Sequence record: SRR22947727_5188 | Length of the DNA stretch: 39,078 nt | Strand: one strand, 5' to 3' | Shown here: positions 29,272 to 39,076 of the stretch, piece after piece | How the letters are laid out: each line of letters begins with the position of its first letter | Position numbering within the stretch: position 1 is the first letter of the stretch | The notes under the pieces: generated by a model | Told to the model about the DNA's origin: nothing | The model's input: the letters and a program-made list of their open reading frames with translations, nothing else | Database searches by the model: none | Position numbers and translations under genes: made by a program

Positions 29272-30312
29272 ATGTTAGAAGCAAAAAATTCTCAGAAGAC
29301 CGACCTAGAAAAGCTAGGCGAGTTTGGACTTATAGACCATTTAACCAAGGATTTACCCCAAAGTCAATCCAGTACGGTGCTCTCCATTGGAGACGACGCC
29401 GCAGTGCTAGACCACCAAGGCTATCAAACGGTGGTCACGACCGATATGCTCGTAGAGGGGGTGCATTTTGATCTGGCCTATATGCCCTTACAGCACCTGG
29501 GTTATAAAGCTGTGGTGGTTAATTTGTCGGATGTGTATGCCATGAATGCTACCGCTACTCAGATTACGATTTCCCTGGCCATTTCCAACCGTTTTTCCTT
29601 AGAAGCCCTAGAGGCTTTTTATGATGGGGTGCGCCATGCTGCAGCCCATTATGGGGTAGATGTGGTGGGTGGAGACACCACTTCTAGCACAAAAGGCATG
29701 ATTATTTCCATTACTGCTTTGGGCACGGTGGTGCCTGCTAAAATTACCAAACGCTCTGGCGCTAAAGAAAACGATCTTTTGGTGGTTTCTGGAGATTTAG
29801 GCGGTGCTTATATGGGGCTTCAGGTCTTGGAAAGAGAGAAGGCTGTTTATGAGGTAAACCCCAACAGTCAGCCAGACTTAGCGCCCTACCACTACATTGT
29901 ACAGCGACAGTTAAAGCCAGAGGCCAGAAAAGACATCCCCAATTTATTGGAGGCCTTAGACGTATTGCCTACTGCTATGATTGACATTTCAGACGGCCTC
30001 TCTTCAGAGGTCTTACACCTCTGTAAGGCCAGCGGCGTAGGCTGTGATTTATATGAAGACAAGATTCCTTTAGACCCTACTGTCATTAATGCCTGTGAGG
30101 AATTCAATATAGATTCCACCACTGTAGCCCTCTCTGGAGGAGAAGACTACGAACTGCTTTTCACCATTGCTCAAAAAGATTTTGACAAGATTAAAGGCAA
30201 TCCCCACCTCACGGTCATAGGACACATTACCGCCAAAGAAAGCGGCGCCCATTTAGTCACCAGAGCCAATACTAAAATTGCCCTCCAAGCCCAGGGCTGG
30301 AATTCGTTTTAA
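29272..30312 (+). CDS. thiL: Thiamine-monophosphate kinase
   Basis: GEFGLI, IGDDAA, NLSDVYAM, DISDGL, GGEDYEL. Confidence 0.96.
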   Translation: MLEAKNSQKTDLEKLGEFGLIDHLTKDLPQSQSSTVLSIGDDAAVLDHQGYQTVVTTDMLVEGVHFDLAYMPLQHLGYKAVVVNLSDVYAMNATATQITISLAISNRFSLEALEAFYDGVRHAAAHYGVDVVGGDTTSSTKGMIISITALGTVVPAKITKRSGAKENDLLVVSGDLGGAYMGLQVLEREKAVYEVNPNSQPDLAPYHYIVQRQLKPEARKDIPNLLEALDVLPTAMIDISDGLSSEVLHLCKASGVGCDLYEDKIPLDPTVINACEEFNIDSTTVALSGGEDYELLFTIAQKDFDKIKGNPHLTVIGHITAKESGAHLVTRANTKIALQAQGWNSF

Positions 30313-31643
30313 TGAAGAAACTACTCGCTGCTTTTGCGCTGTTTTCGCTCTTTTTTGGGGCAGGGAATCTTATTTTACCCCCTTATTTAGGGGTGCAGGC
30401 AGGTGCAGACTGGGCACTAGTAGCCTTTGGTTTCGTGATCTCTGCGGTGCTTATTCCCATTTTGGGAATATTCGCACATGCCAAATTACAGGGAACCATC
30501 TATGATTTTGGGGCCCCATTGGGCAAAGTGTTCTCCCTGACTTATGCGGCCCTTATTTATGGCATTGCGCTGGCGCTTCCAGCGCCCCGTACCGCCTCAG
30601 TGACCCATGAAATGGCTATAATGCCTTTTGCAGACAGTCCTTATTGGCTCACCAGCCTGGTGTATTTCAGTTTGGTACTGCTCGCGGCATTGAACCGTTC
30701 CAAGCTTCTAGACCTCTTTGGTAAAATTACCACTCCTGGAATTTTAATCGTACTCACCGCCTTAATTGGCATGGCGGTTTTTGCACCAGAAGCGGCCTTG
30801 GCTCCAACCACCATGGAAAATCCTTTTGGGAGCAGTTTGTTAGAAGGTTATCAGACCTTTGACGCTATTGCTGCCGTAGTAATAGGAGGGGTATTGCTGG
30901 TTTCTATTCAGAAAATGCAGGCCAAGGATAATGCAAGCCCTGCAAATACAGATCAAGCCAACCAAAGCACAAACCCATACGACCTACAAAAAAGCACGGT
31001 GCGTTTTGCCGCGGTCTTTTCAGCCATTGCGTTGTCTGCCATTTATGTGGGCCTCATTTATGCTGGAGCACAAAGTCAGGGGAATATTGACTTAGAAAGC
31101 AGTAGGAGTGAAATTTTACAAGCCATGGCCAAGCTGTTTTTGGGAAATACAGCCCCTGTGGGCCTCGGTATTTTAGTGGCCTTGGCCTGTTTTACCACCG
31201 CCACAGGAATTGTAACAGGAACGGCAGATTTTGTGGCGAGTTATTTTGAAGGCCCCGCCTATGCGCCCGGAACCGCTAGAAAAGTATTTATAAGCGTGGC
31301 CATTGCAGGCGCAATATTAGGGGTGCTCATGGGGCAATTCCCCGTGGTCTATATTATTGCCATAGCCGTACCCGCCTTGGTTTTTATTTACCCCACCACC
31401 ATTATTCTTATGGCCTTGCACGTCCTGCCCGCCTCCTGGGCCACCCCAAAAGCCTTTAAGGCAGCTGTCTTGGTGTGTTTTGTAGTCAACACCCCCGCTT
31501 TTTTAGACAGTTTAGGCTACCCCACCTTGCAAGAGGCCACCGCATTTTTGCCGCTGAGCAGCCAAGGATTGGCCTGGGTTTTACCCGTACTATTAAGCGT
31601 GGTGGGCGTAAAGATTTTTGACGTATTTTTAATTAAAAAATAA
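30312..31643 (+). CDS. brnQ: Branched-chain amino acid:cation symporter
   Basis: LFSLFFGAGNLILPP, PRTA, EGYQTFD, LACFTTA. Confidence 0.92.
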   Translation: MKKLLAAFALFSLFFGAGNLILPPYLGVQAGADWALVAFGFVISAVLIPILGIFAHAKLQGTIYDFGAPLGKVFSLTYAALIYGIALALPAPRTASVTHEMAIMPFADSPYWLTSLVYFSLVLLAALNRSKLLDLFGKITTPGILIVLTALIGMAVFAPEAALAPTTMENPFGSSLLEGYQTFDAIAAVVIGGVLLVSIQKMQAKDNASPANTDQANQSTNPYDLQKSTVRFAAVFSAIALSAIYVGLIYAGAQSQGNIDLESSRSEILQAMAKLFLGNTAPVGLGILVALACFTTATGIVTGTADFVASYFEGPAYAPGTARKVFISVAIAGAILGVLMGQFPVVYIIAIAVPALVFIYPTTIILMALHVLPASWATPKAFKAAVLVCFVVNTPAFLDSLGYPTLQEATAFLPLSSQGLAWVLPVLLSVVGVKIFDVFLIKK

Positions 31644-32715
31644 TGCATCGCTTCATTTTACCGCCTTACGCTGCCCAGCGCCTCCGCCGCTGCAAGGTTT
31701 TTGCAAACCTGCTACTGCTGTTGTTGCTCAGTGTTTTTGCAGCCAGCTGGGTCCAAGCCCAAACGCTCATTAAAGGACAGGTATTAGACGCGCTGGACCA
31801 GTCTCCACTAGAGGGGGTTTCGGTATATTTTGACGGAACTTCCCTAGGCACCATTACCAATGCAGCAGGATTTTTTGAACTGCCGCTCTCACAAAAAATA
31901 AATGCAACATTAGTAGTCAGTTATTTGGGCTATGAAACCCGTTCCATTGCAGATTTACAAAACTTATCCAAGGGATTTACGGCCAAAATATTTTTAGAAG
32001 AAGCCGTAGTGTCTTTAGATGAGGTGGTGTTGGAACCAGACACCTGGTCTAGAGAGCGTAAATACCGCTTATTTAAACGCACCTTTTTAGGAGAAGACAC
32101 AGCAGCCCAGCGCACCAAAATTCTGAACCCAGAGGTGTTGCGATTTTATTACAACAAGCAAACTGCTACGCTCTACGCCTATGCGTCTGCCCCATTGAAC
32201 ATACAAAACAAATACCTGGGCTATTTGGTGCGCTTTGCCCTGACAGATTTTGAACTCTCTTTTTTCAAAGACACTGTTCAAAACGAATGGCCTCAGGAGT
32301 ACATTTCCTATTATGCGGGCACCTCTTTTTTCACACCATTAGCCCTGCAGACCAAGAGCAAATACGCCAAAAATAGGGCCAAAGCTTATGACGGATCTAC
32401 CCTTTTCTTTATACGTATGCTAATATTAGGGCAGCTCAAAGAAAATGGTTTCAGGTTTTTTACGGCCAAAAAGAAGTGCCTTGGGAAGTGGTATTTGGCT
32501 TGAATCAGGAAGAGGACTTTTTAAAAGTAACCCAAGAAATACCCAGAATCACCATTTTACACAAAAAGAAGCAATCTGTTTTAGAAGCGGTGAATGGCCC
32601 CTTTTATTTAGATGGTCTGGGAAATTTTGCGCCCGCCAACCGCCTGTCTTTTGGCGGTTATATGGGGGGTAAACGCGTGGCGGCTATGCTACCTTTAGAT
32701 TACGGAATGGAGTAG
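31643..32715 (+). pseudogene. Carboxypeptidase-regulatory-like domain secreted protein, frameshifted at a T6 run (32456-32461)
   Basis: IKGQVLDA...GTITN..GFF...SYLGY...LDEVV; one extra T fuses ORF 31643-32503 with 32476-32715, ending RVAAMLPLDY. May be a sequencing error. Confidence 0.7.
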
Positions 32716-32791
32716 ACAAATTTAATTATCTTTACCCCAGCTGGTTTAAAACACCTGCAACAACTGTCTTTAAATAACACCTTATATTTCC

Positions 32792-34090
32792 ATGAAATAC
32801 CAAGCTATTCCCAATACCCTTTTTATAAAAAACCGCCAAAAGTTTACTGCCCAAATGATCCCCGGGAGCTTGGCTGTATTTAATTCCAATGACATTTATC
32901 CGGTGTCTGCAGACAGCACTTTGCCTTTTGCACAGCATTCAGACATACTATACCTAAGTGGGGCAGATCAGGAAGAAAGCATTTTATTGCTCTTTCCAGA
33001 TGCACTGAATCCAGCCCATAGAGAAATTCTCTTTGTGCGGGAAACCAATGAGCATATTGCGGTTTGGGAAGGGGCCAAATACACCAAAGAGAAAGCCACT
33101 GCTATTTCAGGAATCCAGACCATCATGTGGTTGTCAGACTTTGATAAGGTCTTTTTTGATCTTATGACCGAAGCCCACACCATCTATTTTAACACCAATG
33201 AGCACTACCGTCAGGCGGTAGAAACCCAGACCAGGGAAGACCGTTTTATAGCCAAGTGTAAGGCCCAGTTTCCGGCCCACCAATGGCAAAAAAGCCAGCC
33301 CATTTTACAAGAAATAAGAGGGGTAAAAGAAGCAGAGGAAATTGCCCAGATGCAGGCTGCTTGTAACATTACAGGCAAAGGCATCCGCCGGCTTTTAGGT
33401 TTTATAAAGCCAGGCGTTTGGGAATATGAAATAGAAGCAGAGTTATTACATGAATTCGTGCGCAACCGCTCCAAGGGCTTTGCATACACCCCTATTATTG
33501 CTTCTGGCGCCAATGCCAATGTGCTGCATTATATAGAGAACAACCAGCAGTGCCAGGCCGGGGACCTGATCCTGATGGACGTGGCCGCTGAATATGCCAA
33601 TTACCGTTCAGACCTTACCAGGACTTTTCCCGTGAGCGGCCGTTTTACCGAGCGTCAGGCAGCCGTTTACAATGCGGTATTGCGCGTTAAAAATGCCGCT
33701 ACAAAAATGCTGGTTCCAGGAACATTATGGGCAGAATACCACCGTGAAGTAGGGGAGATTATGACCGCTGAGTTGTTGGCCTTGGGTCTTTTAGACCCGG
33801 CCGATGTCAAAAACCAAGACCCCAATAAACCCGCCTATAAAAAGTACTTTATGCACGGCACCAGCCACCACATTGGTCTGGACACCCATGACTACGGCGC
33901 GCTCAAAACTCCTATGAAAGCAGGGATGGTCTTTACTGTAGAGCCAGGTATTTATATTCCAGAAGAAGGCATGGGCATTCGCTTAGAAGACAATGTAGTG
34001 ATTCAAGAACAAGGGGAACCGCTTAACCTCATGGCCCACATTCCCATTACCGTAGCAGAAATAGAGGCCCTGATGATTGGAGAAATATAG
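32792..34090 (+). CDS. pepP: Xaa-Pro aminopeptidase (M24B)
   Basis: LHY, D..AEY..Y.SDLTRT, HGTSHHIGLDTHD, TVEPGIY, GIRLED. Confidence 0.93.
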   Translation: MKYQAIPNTLFIKNRQKFTAQMIPGSLAVFNSNDIYPVSADSTLPFAQHSDILYLSGADQEESILLLFPDALNPAHREILFVRETNEHIAVWEGAKYTKEKATAISGIQTIMWLSDFDKVFFDLMTEAHTIYFNTNEHYRQAVETQTREDRFIAKCKAQFPAHQWQKSQPILQEIRGVKEAEEIAQMQAACNITGKGIRRLLGFIKPGVWEYEIEAELLHEFVRNRSKGFAYTPIIASGANANVLHYIENNQQCQAGDLILMDVAAEYANYRSDLTRTFPVSGRFTERQAAVYNAVLRVKNAATKMLVPGTLWAEYHREVGEIMTAELLALGLLDPADVKNQDPNKPAYKKYFMHGTSHHIGLDTHDYGALKTPMKAGMVFTVEPGIYIPEEGMGIRLEDNVVIQEQGEPLNLMAHIPITVAEIEALMIGEI

Positions 34091-34166
34091 CTACTGGTGT
34101 TATATCACTTTTTTTAATGTAAGCAAAAAGTACTTATCTTAGGGGGTGAAAAATAACCTCAGCCCC

Positions 34167-37028
34167 ATGAAAAAAGTACTTTTTGTTGCCCTTTTGGCCG
34201 CTGGTTTTAGCGGTATAGCCCAAGATATTATGCCTACGACTGCTGCGGCAGTGCAGGCCAGTTTAAAGCAGCAGGCTGCCATGCAGGCCAGTTCGCTGGT
34301 TAAAAACCTGCCCTTTACTCAAATTGGTCCTACGGTCATGAGTGGCCGGGTGGTAGACGTGGCCGTGAACCCAGATAAGCCTACTGAGTTTTACGTGGGC
34401 TACGCCTCTGGAGGCCTTTGGTACACGAATAATAACGGCACCTCTTTTAGCCCTTTAATGGACAACGCACCCACCCAAAATGTGGGGGATATTGCTGTAG
34501 ATTGGGCTTCTGGCACCATTTGGGTAGGGACCGGAGAAAACAATTCTTCCCGATCTTCCTACGCCGGAATTGGGCTCTTAAAATCTACGGACCAGGGAGC
34601 TACTTGGCAGCATATGGGCCTAGAAGACAGCCACCATATTGGCCGTATCTTGATCAATCCCAGCAATCCAGAAGAAGTGGTGGTAGGGGTGCTGGGACAC
34701 CTCTACACCCCCAATGAAAACAGGGGGCTCTATAAAACTACTGATGGTGGTAACAGCTGGATCAAAACACTACATGTCTCAGACAGTGTCGGAATTATAG
34801 AAGTAGCGGCTGCGCCAGAAGATTTTAATACCCTCTATGCCGCCAGCTGGGAAAAAGACCGCAAGGCCTGGCATTTTGAAGGCTCAGGAACAGGTTCTGC
34901 CCTTTATAAAAGTACGGACGCAGGCAGCTCATGGGCGCTTATTTCTACCCCAGAGAGTGGTTTTCCCACAGGAGCAGGGGTAGGGCGTATTGGCATGGCA
35001 GTCTTTGACGCCAATACCGTTTATGCAGTGCACGATAGCCAGTTTAGAACTGAGGCAGAAAAAGATCCCAATGCCAGAAAATCTGAGGCGCTCACCAAAG
35101 AAGATTTTAAAGCCATGGACACCAAAGCTTTTATGAAGCTTTCCGACGGCAAATTGAACCAATATTTAAAATCCAATGGATTTCAAGAAAAATACCGCGC
35201 CCAAAACGTAAAGCAGTTGGTGGAGGCAGGCACGGTGAAACCAGCAGATTTGGCCACTTATTTAGAAGACGCCAACGCGCTTTTATTCAATACGCCTGTG
35301 ACTGGTGCTGAGGTTTATCTCAGCAGCAACGGTGGTACCAGTTGGACCAAACAAAACGAGCAGCCTATTGAAGGCTTGTTTTACAGCTATGGTTATTATT
35401 TTGCTCAAATCTCGGTGTCTGCGCAGGATTCGGACTATATAGTGCTTTCTGGGGTGCCCTTATTGGCATCGGCCAACGGCGGAAAAAGTTTTAAAAGTAT
35501 TGGGGGAGACAATGTGCATTCAGACCACCACCACGTATGGATAAACCCAAGGGACCCAAAGCATATGATCAATGGAAACGACGGCGGGATTAATATTACT
35601 TATGACGGCGGCGCCCATTGGATGAAGAACAACACCCCTACTGTAGGGCAGTTTTACTATATTAACACAGACAACGAAAGCCCCTACAACGTCTATGGCG
35701 GCCTACAGGACAACGGGGTTTGGAAGGCTGCGCACAGTGCGCCACTCAATACCAGCTGGCATGCCAATGGTCAAAACCCCTGGGAATCTATTATGGGCGG
35801 AGACGGTATGCAGGTACAAATAGACGCCAGAAATTCAAACATTGTTTACACCGGTTTTCAGTTTGGAAATTACTACAGATTGGACCTCAGTAGCGGGGAG
35901 CAAACCTATATTCAGCCCAAACATGAATTGGGAGACGCCCCTTTCCGTTTCAATTGGCAAACCCCAATTTTACTGTCTTCTCACAACCAAGACGTACTCT
36001 ATTTAGGCTCCAATCGCCTGCACCGCTCTATGGACCAGGGAAGCAGTTGGGAGACCATTTCTGGAGAGCTCACTCAGGGGGGTAAAAAGGGGAATGTGGC
36101 GTTTGGGACGCTCACGACTATTGGGGCGTCGGCCTTTGATTTTGACCTTTTATACACCGGTTCGGACGACGGTCTTATTCACACAACTACCGACGGTGGT
36201 GCTTCATGGAATCTGATTTCTGGCGGCCTACCCCAAGATTTATGGGTGAGTAGTTTAGAGGCGTCAGTCCATAAAAAAGACCGGCTAATTACCGCTTTAA
36301 ATGGCTATAGAAACGACCATTTTGCCCCTTACATTTTCCTTTCAGAAAATGGGGGCGATGCTTGGAAAAACATAGCTTCTAACCTACCACTTGGCGCTGT
36401 AAATTCCGTGACGGAAGATCCGAACCACGAGCATATCTTATACGCAGGAACAGACAACGGCCTCTATGTGACCTTAGATTTGGGGGCTACATGGCATGCT
36501 TTTTCTGCGAATTTACCGGCTGTTGCCGTGCACGATATAGTGGTGCAGGCCAGAGACAAACACCTTTTGGTAGGAACGCATGGTCGCTCTATTTTTAAGG
36601 CAGACATTGCCGCTTTAGGACCCTTGGCCACACAAATGGCCGCTGGAAAGACGCCAGAAGTGCAACTTTTTGAGCTGGACAAGCAGCGCGTGTCACCTAG
36701 ATGGGGCATGGCCAGAGGCTTCTCAGACCCTTATACGCCAGAAATACCGCTAGACTTTTTTGTGCCCCAGGCCGGACCAGTCTCCGTTTCTGTTCAAGAC
36801 GCCAATGGCATAGAAGTGAACGCTATGACCCTCCAAGCAGACGCTGGTTTTAATAGCACGCCCTTTCATATGAATTTTTCTAAATCAGGAAAAACAGCCT
36901 TTTTAAAGAATTATAAGTTACAAATTAACATTGCAGATGATGGAAATACTTATTTACCGAGAGGAATTTATAAGATAATTTTAAAAAGCAAAGGTAACTC
37001 TAGCTATGTTAACCTTGAATTAAATTAA
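34167..37028 (+). CDS. Secreted VPS10/BNR (Asp-box) repeat beta-propeller, glycosyl hydrolase-like
   Basis: Signal peptide; GPTVMSGR; many S/T-x-D-G-G-x-S/T-W repeats; GGLQDNG, RFNWQTP, GTHGRS. Confidence 0.88.
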   Translation: MKKVLFVALLAAGFSGIAQDIMPTTAAAVQASLKQQAAMQASSLVKNLPFTQIGPTVMSGRVVDVAVNPDKPTEFYVGYASGGLWYTNNNGTSFSPLMDNAPTQNVGDIAVDWASGTIWVGTGENNSSRSSYAGIGLLKSTDQGATWQHMGLEDSHHIGRILINPSNPEEVVVGVLGHLYTPNENRGLYKTTDGGNSWIKTLHVSDSVGIIEVAAAPEDFNTLYAASWEKDRKAWHFEGSGTGSALYKSTDAGSSWALISTPESGFPTGAGVGRIGMAVFDANTVYAVHDSQFRTEAEKDPNARKSEALTKEDFKAMDTKAFMKLSDGKLNQYLKSNGFQEKYRAQNVKQLVEAGTVKPADLATYLEDANALLFNTPVTGAEVYLSSNGGTSWTKQNEQPIEGLFYSYGYYFAQISVSAQDSDYIVLSGVPLLASANGGKSFKSIGGDNVHSDHHHVWINPRDPKHMINGNDGGINITYDGGAHWMKNNTPTVGQFYYINTDNESPYNVYGGLQDNGVWKAAHSAPLNTSWHANGQNPWESIMGGDGMQVQIDARNSNIVYTGFQFGNYYRLDLSSGEQTYIQPKHELGDAPFRFNWQTPILLSSHNQDVLYLGSNRLHRSMDQGSSWETISGELTQGGKKGNVAFGTLTTIGASAFDFDLLYTGSDDGLIHTTTDGGASWNLISGGLPQDLWVSSLEASVHKKDRLITALNGYRNDHFAPYIFLSENGGDAWKNIASNLPLGAVNSVTEDPNHEHILYAGTDNGLYVTLDLGATWHAFSANLPAVAVHDIVVQARDKHLLVGTHGRSIFKADIAALGPLATQMAAGKTPEVQLFELDKQRVSPRWGMARGFSDPYTPEIPLDFFVPQAGPVSVSVQDANGIEVNAMTLQADAGFNSTPFHMNFSKSGKTAFLKNYKLQINIADDGNTYLPRGIYKIILKSKGNSSYVNLELN

Positions 37029-38230
37029 AAGTACTTTTTTAACCCAGTTCTTATTGTTCCTGGGAAATATTCTTTCATATTTATTAAGGCATTTTCGCCA
37101 GCATAAAAATTGAACCCAGCACCAGAACCACTATAATAATATGGTAGATAGAAAAATTCTTTAGTCATTGGTCTTACTGCTTTTGGTTTTAAATGCTTCT
37201 TAGTTCCAATAGGTACTTGAAACTCAAAACCAACATTTCTTCTAGCGACACCTTTAGATTGATGTATAAAGAACCCAATAAAAACCTCATTTATTTGTCT
37301 TGTAATGTTTAGTTTAAATCCTTTATCTTGATATAAATGCTTTCCATATCTAAAATTTATATCAGTATTGAATTTTATATTTCTATAGTTTATACCAAGA
37401 TAATACATTTCTCTGTTTTGTTCTCTTGTGTAAATTGAAAAATTTGAATCAAAATAGCCAAAAGTTGTTTTAGAATAAGACCCTTCAATTCTAAACTGTT
37501 CTGAATTAAGAAAATAATAATGAGCAAGTGTGCTTAGGCCTAATCTATTTCTAGTAAATGAGCCCCCACTAATATTAATCATTATATTTTTATATCTTAA
37601 ATCTTTTGAAATTCTTGCAATCACTAACCTTGGCTTGGTTGTCTCACTTAAGTCATTAAAAGTAGTTATCGAATAATTTGCTGAAGCCGTCCAACCTTTA
37701 GAAAATACTGTTGTTATTTCTGGTTGTATATTTAATCTTAGCCTTATCGCATTATCAAAATTTCCTAACTGATAATCTAATTGAAGACCAACAGGCACAT
37801 CTATTTTCCCAAAACTTTTACTTATTAATTTTTCATTATTTAATTTATGTTCTACACCATCTGTTTTTATTGTAAATACTGAATTTTTTGACCATTCTTC
37901 AAAAGATATTTCTTTTGAATTTAAAAGTCTTAGATTTTTTAATGAGGTTTTAAGCAAAGACATTGCTATTCCTTTATGTTTTATAAGAATTGAAACTTGT
38001 TTGTTTTTTAATTCAAACGAATTGTTTACAGCTTTTAGCACAAAAGCCATTGCTTCCGCTTCAAATCGATATCGGTTATTTTCGTATGATAAATAAATAT
38101 CATTTTCATCTTCATGATATTGAAGATTTTGAAGGCCTTCACTCTTTAAAATTTCTATTAAATTATTTTGACTATAAATATTGGGGATATTTATAGTCAG
38201 TAGAAAAATAAGAAGTTTAAAAATTCTCAT
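37025..38230 (-). CDS. Outer-membrane protein resembling the C-terminal part of YjbH/GfcD
   Basis: Signal peptide, YENNRYR motif, amphipathic beta-strands (YGKHLYQDKG, GFEFQVPIG). Confidence 0.65.
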   Translation of the reverse strand: MRIFKLLIFLLTINIPNIYSQNNLIEILKSEGLQNLQYHEDENDIYLSYENNRYRFEAEAMAFVLKAVNNSFELKNKQVSILIKHKGIAMSLLKTSLKNLRLLNSKEISFEEWSKNSVFTIKTDGVEHKLNNEKLISKSFGKIDVPVGLQLDYQLGNFDNAIRLRLNIQPEITTVFSKGWTASANYSITTFNDLSETTKPRLVIARISKDLRYKNIMINISGGSFTRNRLGLSTLAHYYFLNSEQFRIEGSYSKTTFGYFDSNFSIYTREQNREMYYLGINYRNIKFNTDINFRYGKHLYQDKGFKLNITRQINEVFIGFFIHQSKGVARRNVGFEFQVPIGTKKHLKPKAVRPMTKEFFYLPYYYSGSGAGFNFYAGENALINMKEYFPGTIRTGLKKYF

Positions 38231-38955
38231 ATTTGATATCTATATGCAAGAATCCAAGAAAATCTATTATAATCTAGCATCCCAGCAGTAAAATGTATTT
38301 TTTTAAAAAAATATCCATTAATTCCGAAATTTAAATTCTCAGAGTCGTAATCTATTAAGAGACTGATGTTTTCTTTAAATGGCGTAAAAATTTCAACACC
38401 GCCAAAAACACCTTTAAATTCCTTAGCTTCTAAATTTTTTAAACCACCGCCTAATCCTAGCGTAGCGTCAATCTTGTATCCATTTTTTAATAGTAACTGT
38501 TTTGTAGCTACTATATAATTAGAAGAAAAATTCGCACATGCCTCACAACTTAAGTCAAATGCAGCACTTAAGTCTTGAAATCCAATCACTATCGCAGGTA
38601 ATTTTTTAGTTTCATTTAATACCTTAAACCTAGCAGTTAGCATTCTATCCGGAAAATACCCAGTGAGTGGTGACACCTTAATATTTAATTCATGAGTGTA
38701 CCTAAACATCACCTCCACAAAAGGCAATAAATTTACAGTGACGAATGTATTCAAACCACCATTCCCTGTTGCGAGGCCTTGACCTATTCCATATGTTCTT
38801 TTAAAAAGCCCTGGTGGTATATAAGAAGCCCCTATGGAAATTGTATTGTTTTCATACATTCTTGCGCTAGGGGACTTCATTAAGCCCCTTGTACCTGTTA
38901 AAGATTGAGCAAAAGATATATTTCCAATAAAAAGGATTAGTAATAGAATTTTCAT
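38227..38955 (-). CDS. YjbH-domain outer-membrane protein, N-terminal barrel-like part
   Basis: Signal peptide then QSLTGTRGLMKSPSARM; LPFVEVMFRYT, DR, LPAIVIGFQD, GVFGGVE, IDYDS. Confidence 0.78.
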   Translation of the reverse strand: MKILLLILFIGNISFAQSLTGTRGLMKSPSARMYENNTISIGASYIPPGLFKRTYGIGQGLATGNGGLNTFVTVNLLPFVEVMFRYTHELNIKVSPLTGYFPDRMLTARFKVLNETKKLPAIVIGFQDLSAAFDLSCEACANFSSNYIVATKQLLLKNGYKIDATLGLGGGLKNLEAKEFKGVFGGVEIFTPFKENISLLIDYDSENLNFGINGYFFKKIHFTAGMLDYNRFSWILAYRYQI

Positions 38956-38961
38956 AATATA

Positions 38962-38991
38962 AAAAATGCTGTAATTAATTACAGCATTTTT
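38962..38991 (-). terminator. Perfect 30-bp hairpin/terminator directly ahead of the YjbH-like start codon
   Basis: AAAAATGCTGTAATT/AATTACAGCATTTTT. Confidence 0.8.
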
Positions 38992-39013
38992 AATTTAATT
39001 AATGTTTTATGAA

Positions 39014-39076
39014 TTAGTTACCAGATTGACCAGTACTTCCTCCATTATTTCCTGAATCATGTTCACTACTTCCTGA
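39014..39076 (-). CDS. 3' end of a gene entering from outside the window, Gly/Ser/Asn-rich tail
   Basis: Reads ...SGSSEHDSGNNGGSTGQSGN-stop; stop is 22 nt before the hairpin. Confidence 0.6.
   Translation of the reverse strand, partial: SGSSEHDSGNNGGSTGQSGN

Noticed and set aside
32453-32464. Programmed -1 ribosomal frameshift
   Set aside because: In-frame G_TTT_TTT is not a canonical X_XXY_YYZ heptamer and no clear stimulatory structure was seen
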